Of a stretch of DNA of 64,000 nt, positions 39,470-64,000 are shown in pieces. The stretch is from Tubiluchus corallicola (taxonomy: Eukaryota > Animalia > Priapulida). The translations under genes and the position numbers were made by a program. The number at the start of each line of letters is the position of its first letter. The stretch's first letter is position 1. The notes under the pieces are model-generated. The model made no database searches. It had not been told where the DNA came from and saw only the letters and a program-made list of their open reading frames with translations. The stretch spans positions 31,991-95,990 of the forward strand of contig JAQGDQ010000783.1 in assembly GCA_030141605.1 (NCBI GenBank), read 5' to 3'.

Positions 39470-41648
39470 ATTATATGGAAAAGAATGATTACATGGTAAT
39501 AGCGGTGGGAAAGAATAGAGCCAAATGCTACGAAAGAGCCATTAGCTACATTAAGTTAACGACCACGTCAAAATGAGTGAAACAATTTACATAAACATTA
39601 CAAAATACAATTATAATGACTACATATGGGGAACTGGCTACGGATTATCCTCGATAAGGAGGAGGATAAGTGCCATTACGTAATGTTATGTCACTCCAAG
39701 CTAGCTAGAAACATTTTTACAAGATTACAACTATATATATATATATACATTCTGTGAAGGTAGTCAATACGCAAGTGATTAAACGGCTATTTAAATGAAT
39801 ATTGTGAGAACATGTTTGCTAAGCGGATTCAGTCAACTATAAATAAACACTTGAGAAGTGCCATGCTGGCCTTGTTTTCATATAACGTGTTTAGCAGAAT
39901 TGTATTTATTTTTGCGTGTTTATCCAAAAAGTCATTGCATTCTACGCTGACTCAAAAAATTTATCACTTCTCGAAAATTTAATATTTGTCAGCATTTACA
40001 TATGCCGCTTCTATCACACCAAATTAATGCCAGATGATAATATAAAATGAAGCAAGTACTCACCACAATCATCATGGTTCAGGTATGTCTTTATCACCTT
40101 TGTTTCATTATACAGTTTTGGCAGTACCACTGTTATACAAACAACGCTAAAGAAAAGATAACACTTAACGCACAGTGTGCCAAAAATTCTTTTTTGAATC
40201 TGAGTTTCTTTTTGCTTTCCACCGTTTGTAGTCATGACTGTATCACTAAGGACACCAGCTGTAACAGCTACTGAGTTCAACTGCAAACAAAAATTTGTTT
40301 TGCTTAATCTAAAATACCCTAAGCCTTATACTGAGATGTTTGCATGTGCTGGATTGCCAGAAAACTGTTGACTCGGCAGCTTGTGCGTTCTTTCATATAT
40401 TTATCGGTGAAATTGTGATAAGAACAATAACAGTCAAAAACTATAACAACAATTTTATGTAATTATTCATTGATATGTATTTGGACTCGTAAAAAATGAT
40501 TTTCGTAAAATTAAGCTTAGGTACTTTCCAGTTAGAAAATTCCAGAATGATATTCGCAAAAATTTGTCGTCACATCAGCTGAAAGTTGAATTGATATTAC
40601 TGCAATTCTAATTCAAGTATGATGATATGCGTTTACAGAAAGTTTCTTCAATTTGCTTTTGCAGAAACGTGGGTGTTTTTGTTTTGCCGGATCAGTGCAA
40701 CTAACATGTAAATGAATTAGTAATTCGTCCACTCATTTGGTTCAAATTTAGTGAGATAAAAGTGGCTTAAATACAAACGCTATATACGAAATCTCATACT
40801 AGAAAATCCAAATAGTTATAGTAAACCGTTTTTGCGTAACAACAGGTTTTTGAACCATAATGATTTGCATTGTTCCGTTAGATACTGCTTGCATCTTACA
40901 GTCGGAGATCGACAACACTATCTTTATTTTTCTATTAATAATTTTATTGAAGTAAACAGCAAAATTTGAAAGACACAAAGTCCAATATAAGGATGTACTG
41001 TTGATGATACGCCTCAAGGGATTAACGCACATTAAATAGATATTGACTTGCATATTACAAATTCTACATAAACACTTATATGAACAAACACTAGCATTCT
41101 GCATGATCAAGAGAGTAAAAGTTGTGTATAAATTTATGATACAGAACACATCTTATGCGTTTGGTGCAGTAAAGAAGGAGCTTGCCAACATGATGAGAAT
41201 TTTAAGTTGAAAATTACATATGATGACATGATGGCAAGTTTCAGTAAGGCTCTTTGCATTTCAGGTAAGTTTCCTTTGTAACGCACCGCTTAAAAACTAC
41301 GTTAACATATTGTAATTGACGGCACGGATTATCATCATTATTTTCAGGGATCCAGAGAAAGTAGTTCCAAAGGGAAATAGTTAGCTGCTCACAAGATTGT
41401 TTTAAACATCAGCTTGATTCCGTGGAACAATACCGGAATTTTTTTGCCCCAAGTTATGAGTTTAAATGCACAAAGCTTTTAGAGACAACAGCAATAGCCA
41501 CTGTGACATTGTCACCAGCAGCAGCATCATCAGCTACATAGCAGCAAGAACAAAAACAACAATAGCACCAGCAATATCGAGATAGATTAATTATATTTTG
41601 TCCAGGAAAAGGGTGAAAGAGTGACAGCAAAACATTTCACACTTTTCA

Positions 41649-41678
41649 CGAGAGAGAGTGAGAGAGAGAGAGAGAGAG
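41649..41678 (+). repeat. Short (AG)n microsatellite
   Basis: Direct reading. Confidence 0.9.
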
Positions 41679-41679
41679 A

Positions 41680-42340
41680 TTTAAAATCTTTATTAAAAAA
41701 TAAACCTCTATTTGCAGGTACAACATTAGCGTAAGTATAAATTTTCACATTTTTTATTAAAATAATAAACTTAAGTCACTGTAAACACAGTATAAATGTA
41801 AACACGTATCATGATGCTCCTGACATTTGCTGCCTAATGAAGTCATCCTTAATTACTTCAACAAATGATCTAAAAGATTTTGCCTTTGAATTCACACCGC
41901 AATGTTGGTGGTGTGAATGTTATTTAAAAAAAACATACGCTTTTGTGAGTCTATGAAAGGACAGTCGAAAAGTAGATTTTCACAAGTTTGGAGAAGACCA
42001 CATAAAGAAGAATTGTCAGGTATGAGTCTTAATCGGAATAAAAAATGTTAAAAAAATCCTTGTCCATGAATAAAACTTAAAGCATATATATATATTGAAT
42101 TGTTTGTGCCAAAGAGTTTGCTTGAATTTATCCAGATCAGATTTTATAACAGACAAATTAGCTATAGAAAGTTCTTCGTTGTTAATTCTCCCTGCATCTC
42201 TAGTAGCAGTTAAAAATTGCCTTAAATCTCTAGCATAATATTTTACAAAGTGGTTACATGACAGATAAAAGTTAGTATTAAATATATACAAAAGTTCTTT
42301 AGTAAATCCTAACATTACTGTTTTGATTATAATACCATGC
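41680..42340 (-). mobile_element. Decayed non-LTR retrotransposon 3' end (zf-RVT-like)
   Basis: SSLCGLLQTCENLLFDCP resembles C..C...ET..HL...C; AATAAA lies before the adjoining (TC)n tail. Confidence 0.5.
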
Positions 42341-44448
42341 TTTGGTATACATTTTAAATGTATTATGTTTAGTTATGACAACCGTCCAAGACGTTGCACG
42401 ATATTTTAGAACCTGTTGTCTACCAAATCACACATTTAAATGCAGAAACGAAACTCAACTTTTAGCACAACGTGACATATCTAAAGCGCATTTTGGTTTT
42501 TCTGGAAATTACTTAGAGATAACGAGTAAAGATTATACTAATCTGAGTACTGAAGAAATAGAATCAATATAACTAATAAGATGAATGGCTTTGTGTATCT
42601 GCCTCCGTATGCTCAGGATAAATCAAAGTACTCAAGAGATCTAGTTAAAGAAAATATCGAAATTGTATTTGCAAAACGTGCTATGAGTTTCGCACACTCT
42701 GTGCTGGAAAAGAATTAATTGAAATATTTTGTTATTAATTTACATAACACTATTTGCATTTTGCAATCAAAGTCATGTCTGTAGTAACTTTATATAAGAT
42801 ATACCAACTGTTTGTTAAAAAAGTTTAATGTATAACTAATTTTATTTTGTCAAGACGGAAACTCTTTTTGCATACCTACAGTATTTAGTCTTAAACTAAA
42901 TCGGTTGCACTGTTAGAATTTAAGGACCTAGGTTTAACAAATAAAAACACAACACAAATGAGAATTAACATCAAAGTAGACAAGTATAAAAAGATTGGTA
43001 ATAATTTTATATACCACTTCTACTCATATAAATTACAGTAAATTACATTCACGGAGAGAGCTAGTCGGTGTCTCTCTCCATCGAGCCAACCAACAACGAC
43101 ACGACATAGTGTGAATTTGTATAATAATAATAATTGCAAATAAATTTTGTAAGAGCATGCAAACACTACTTAACACCTTCTGGGCCTCATAATTCAAAAT
43201 AGGTTTATCTTTGACATTTCTGTTACTGTATGGGCACAGACATAACCAAATGATTGCAATTTAGGTAGTGTTCTATTGAGGAGCATATCAGCTATCCAAT
43301 AATGCTATTTGTTTAAACATCTATAAGCTATTTAAATGGATAAAATTAAGAAAAACACGCCCCTTTGGGCACTCCAACTTAGGCTATTGAATAGCTTAGT
43401 CTTGTTTACACTTGCGTGACAGTACACAGTAATTCGCTGATCGCCTGCTTGCAACAGCATAAGCTGTGCAGTGTTCACCAGCTATTCCAACAAAAACCAA
43501 CCGATCAGCCAAGGAGAAATTAAGGTTGCTTCATCTTTTAACAGGAATTTCAGCTTGAAAATAAAGTAGACTTGAGGCCAAAGTTTATCAGTTTGTTATT
43601 TCAGAATAGTTGAAATGTTCTGCACTAGCCGATGTCACACATTGCTGTTGCTGAAAGATTTTTTTCAATTTCTTTTTATCTTTCGATTTTTTTCGATTTT
43701 TAATTTGTCTAAAGTGTGTAAATTCATTTCATATACAATTTTGCATGAAAATCCATTGTGTTAGTAAAAGACAATGTGCTGAAGGAGTTAAAGCATTTTA
43801 TTCATAAGGCATTTTTTATTTTCTGTTAAATACCATTTATTAATGCGAAGTTTGAGGAGTTGTCATTTCGTAGTATTGAATTTTCAGCTGTTCTGGTCTT
43901 AAACAATTATTTTCTGATGATGGACTTGTGCCAGTTTAAGTTTTATGTTCTTGAGTATAAAAATTAACTATATTTTTGTGATTTAGGAACGGCAATAGAA
44001 TTTCTGAAATGAAAAAATAGCAAAGGTAGTTTGTGAAGATACTTTACAATCTGATTAGCAGGTAAAATAGATTAATGATAAGGGTCTTTGTAGCAATTGG
44101 GCTTTATTAAGTTATAAAACCACAATTCGAGAACTAAAGGCGTGTATAAGTCTATTGCCATGTGAATCAGATAAAAAAGGAATTGATAAGTGAACAAAAA
44201 AGAACAGGGAGAAAGGTTAGATCACACACAAGGTTGTTGACTGTCAGCGATATTATACGAAGCCTATAGACCGAATCTCAAAAGCAATTCATCAGTAGAA
44301 CTTTTGATGTAATACATTGAATAGTGAACCCTGTGGAACCACAAAATCGTAAGTCTACCAGTTTAAAACCGTAACAGCAAAACTAACTTGCCAGTTGCTT
44401 TTGCACTACGTCATTTTTTTGGTTTCAGGGTCTTGTGCTCCGTTTTAC

Positions 44449-60134
<15,686 letters not shown>

Positions 60135-63100
60135 GACAAGTGAAATCTCCACGATTACATAGAATTTCAGTGTTATACGACAAATTAGATGTCAGAGTGG
60201 TACCAAGGTGCAGCTCTTTGCTGCTCCTCACTTTGTGACGACTTCAATGTTTACGAAATCAATTAGTTTCATGTATATTGCTGACGTGTTCCTTTTGCGA
60301 GTTGGAATCATAACGAGTAAAAGAGCTAAAACAAAATCTAATAACAGGTGTAACAAATAAATATCAGTATTGAAAATGCAGACCCTGATAATTTTTTACT
60401 AACACAAAATGTACAAATAGTAGCAAATATTGTGTTGTCAGCCAATTTCAATGCACGATTTTTAATAATTTCCCCAGCATTACATTTGTTCGGGTTCACA
60501 GGTATTAAAAGTATGTAAAGCAATTTTGATCATTTTTCCGTAGAGCTGTTTAAAAAAAGCTTGGATAAAATTTCACAATCAGTGCGTTGTCATTGACCTG
60601 GCTTTACCATTGTCTTGATTACAATAATCTTGGCTACCAAGTTTTGGTAGACTTAGACTTGGTAGTATAACTCTGGCTTTTAACAAACCACAAAAGGTTG
60701 TATTTACTTATCTGTTTTTGACTGTGCACAACAAGTAGTTACTTGCTACAAAAATATTTATAAAACCAAGAGGCGCACATTTGATTATCTTTCAAGAACT
60801 TAGTTAATGGGTGTTTGGTATGTTTATCAGTTTGTTTTCACTTTGTTTTTTTAATTAGTAATGTTTCTTTAAATTTAATTTTCAATTCCTAGTAGAGACT
60901 CTAAACATCAGAGGTTTGATGATCAAACGACGTAAAATTTTAATCCATGCTGAGCTGTAGAACTATCTCTTGTTTCCAGAACGTCTCTGCGACAGACCTC
61001 GCAGCTCTCCTCAGCTCCTTGCGTTCAGCAACCCAATCGTCAACAACCGCCAAAATTCTCTCTCCACTGTCTTTTGAATCTAAGGTCACTTGACATGAAA
61101 TTTGTCAGTGACACGTTAAGAGCTACATAGCTCATCATCCAAGATGGTGCCCCTGGATCCTGAGAGGAGAGCCACTTATTGTATTCGCTCTGATGGCATA
61201 TAGCCTCCGTCTTTGGGCTAATTATTAACTGAACGGCGACAATCGTCCACCACGAGTTTGACTTATAACAAAAGCTCCTTTGACCACTGGCTATTGAAAT
61301 TCAGAAGTTGTCGCTCTGTCGTACTCGTGCTTATCTGGCTAATGTGGGCTAATTACTATTCCTGCTTCTCAGAGTTCATTTGTCGAGACTTGAAAAACCA
61401 AGCATAAGCAATATAGCTTAATCAATACTTTGAAACGGTGGAAAGGCTCTTTTTATGGAACACAGGTTCCCTCATATATCTATGCCAGAACTTGGATTTG
61501 TGCGAAGTGGAGCATCTCAATTACCAGTGGGTTGCTCTGTCTGGATAGTAACACATATTAAGGCTCTAGCAATATTGCTTGTGAAGTGACTTTACAAAAC
61601 ATCTTTCTATAGCTGTCACCATTTAATACTTCCTGAATCTGTTGCTTTAAAATTTCTTCCAGGCATATCAAGATTTTTGGTGTAGATTTGCTTTTTCTAC
61701 GTGTTTTTAGTCAAAAACTCAGTTATGCCAAGCATCAGACATTGATGATTCACTGACACCTGGCCATGTTCCGTATACAAGACTTTTTGTGCACTTTTTA
61801 TCAACTCTTATGGAACTTTACTCTTAGTAAATGTACTACAAAATCGATCACGTGGCTACCATGACCATTATGTCACAACCATTATTTTACTATTTTTACA
61901 AATGAATGTGGCACATATTTCAACAAAACAAAATATATTGAAAACAGCTATTTCACTAAATATTACCAAAGCTTAAGTGGCTCTAGGTTGAAGCCTGTAG
62001 CAGCCTATATGACAATGCGGAATGGTTTATCGAAATTATTAAAAATTACTTTTTAATCGAACCTTAAACGATAAACATTTTAAACAGTGAATAATTTGTA
62101 CCTTCAACTTAACGAGATATCCTGATAAACCTATGTCTACCGAATTTTGAAACCAAACTTGTCCAAAAGAAAGAAAATGGCGTGTAAAAAAGTCGCACTA
62201 GGCCTGGATTTGAAACAGTGTCCATTTAACGAACAAGTCAAATGACAGGACCAATCGATTATTAAATATTCAGTACAAATCGCAGAATATAACAGATCCA
62301 TGGGCGACTAGCTCGTTGGTTATATTAATTATAAAAAATTTCAAGAAAGATAGGTCGAACATATAGTTCTTGGATTAAGGAAACAAAACACGCCTGAATT
62401 AAAGAAAATGTACAAAATGGTCTCAAAGCCTGGAAGTTGGAAATTATTGTATTGCAGGTTCAACGCCTCAGTAAATACGTCAGGTCCTCTCGCACACAAA
62501 TTACTGTTTAACATCAACTTGCAATGAAAAAAAAGTAATATTAAACATCAATAAGTATTAGAACGTCTGTTAGTAAATTATTGACCACTGGTTTTAATAC
62601 GATGAATTAGGTTCCTTTAATCATAATTAGATAATCATAATAATGAAATTATGATGGTGTGACTAAACATCTACTGTTATGAATAATTGCAAATGCTTTC
62701 ATTAAATACTGCAGGTATGTAGTATGTAGAACTGCCTTTCATAAAACGGTCCATGTGTGTTACTTAACAATTTAATTTCATTGTGCCCAATAAAAGAAGA
62801 ACTGTAGAATTTACAGAAAAATGAAGTTTTCAGTTTTGTGTCCTTCAGAACCGCAGAAAGTTATATTCGAAATTTACCTTTCGTTGTAGTTATCCTTTCC
62901 ACCAAATCCATCAGCTGTTCCTTTTTGAAATGCATTTATCACAGTCCTTGGAGTAAGCCTATTATAGGTAATTTCGTTGATTGTCCTAACGATGGTATAA
63001 CTTGCAATAATGAAACCGAAAAATCTTAGGTTACCTACAACCGCTTTATGTAGCATCACGGAAAGAGAAAAATGTCGCAAGCCTGTCTCACATAAAATAG

Positions 63101-63902
63101 CATGAATTGTAATAGTAGCATGAAGAATAGTAATTCAAACTTGAGAAAATACACACAACATACAGTGAAGCTTTAGTGAGGGCGCAACTATGTCGGTGAA
63201 ATGAATTAACACTTTCATAGGTAACTAAATCGTAATCATTTGTTTACTAAACTCAGGGGTAAACAGGCACACGAAAATGACAATATTGCCTCTTTTTAGC
63301 GCATTAGGGCTTAAAATGCGGTGTTGTGGTAAACTATGTTCATTAGAGCGGCACTTAAATTTCACACATCACACAATTATAATCAGAAGAAAGAATCAGT
63401 AGGATCTGCAACATTAACAAAAACGTGTCGCAAAAGAATCAACGTTTCTGACTTTACTGATCAGTATATAGTCGGCTTTTGTCACTCAGCAGTGGCATTA
63501 TTAGTAAGACGTGTGCAACTGACTGTGTAGAAAATAAGAATTTCGCAAAAGATCTACGCGTGGTTACACGTCGGTAATTATTGTAATTAAACAATATTAA
63601 TATTGTGTCATATTGCCAAAATATTTATTAATGACAAAAACTTTTGCCCAAAATGAATTACAGTTTTACACTATTCTTGAAAGATAGGAACCGTATAAGA
63701 GCTGGAGTACATTCAAGGTTTAAACCAAGAACTGTCAGCTTGCATTGCAGAAGCCTTAGACCACTATTCCACCATATTTCTCATTATCAATTTGGTCGTG
63801 CCAATGTGTGTTATTTCAAGATGTAAAGATTGTTTATTTCACATCAAATGCAAATACAAAACTAATACATTAAAAGCAACAAAAAGTTTCCAAAAATTCA
63901 AT

Positions 63903-64000
63903 GGTTAGGGTTAGGGTTGGGGTTGGGGTTGGGGTTGGGGTTGGGGTTGGGGTTGGGGTTGGGGTTGGGGTTGGGGTTGGGGTTGGGGTTGGGGTTAGGG
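63903..64000 (+). repeat. Telomere-type repeat: (TTAGGG)2(TTGGGG)13(TTAGGG), running off the window end
   Basis: Direct reading; the G-rich strand points toward the window end. Confidence 0.9.

Larger units (their letters stand above)
36944..40235 (-). pseudogene. Carbohydrate sulfotransferase (CHST8-14/HNK-1ST, Sulfotransfer_2), 2 exons (40235-40064, 37829-36944)
   Basis: Exon 1 TM segment CYLFFSVVCITVVL, donor G|GTGAGT, acceptor TTTTTTTTCAG, in-frame join; 5'PSB WCCSPKVGSMNWR; 3'PB FFFVREPFARLLSAWRNK; HWKSLIDTCRVCSINYDFVGKHE. Frameshift at about 37575-37600 and in-frame TGA at 37370-37372. Confidence 0.88.

Noticed and set aside
60560-63900. Additional genes in the distal region
   Set aside because: Only short ORFs without recognisable motifs; probably decayed repeats or GXYLT upstream sequence.

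Overview
AT-rich eukaryotic DNA, most likely from an invertebrate animal (GT-AG introns, LINE and LTR relics, microsatellites, TTAGGG-type repeats). The first 28 kb is a giant palindrome: arms of at least 12.4 kb (1-12442 and 15505-27947) around a 3062-bp spacer. Every non-transposon gene I could identify encodes a predicted type II membrane or secretory-pathway glycan-modifying enzyme, or a DUF of that architecture, and they come from 8 different families: GT2-like (plant At5g60700-type), GT77/Nucleotid_trans-like, Gal-3-O-sulfotransferase, DUF1647, GT11 alpha-1,2-fucosyltransferase, DUF268 methyltransferase-like, CHST/Sulfotransfer_2 and GXYLT-like GT8. GAL3ST (2 copies), DUF268 and GXYLT look intact; the rest carry stops, frameshifts or deletions. 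The window ends in (TTAGGG)/(TTGGGG)n. The best candidate for an undescribed system is a possibly subtelomeric, fast-turnover animal glycan-biosynthesis gene cluster that is partly duplicated by a palindrome. All family calls come from motif recognition by eye, not from database searches.
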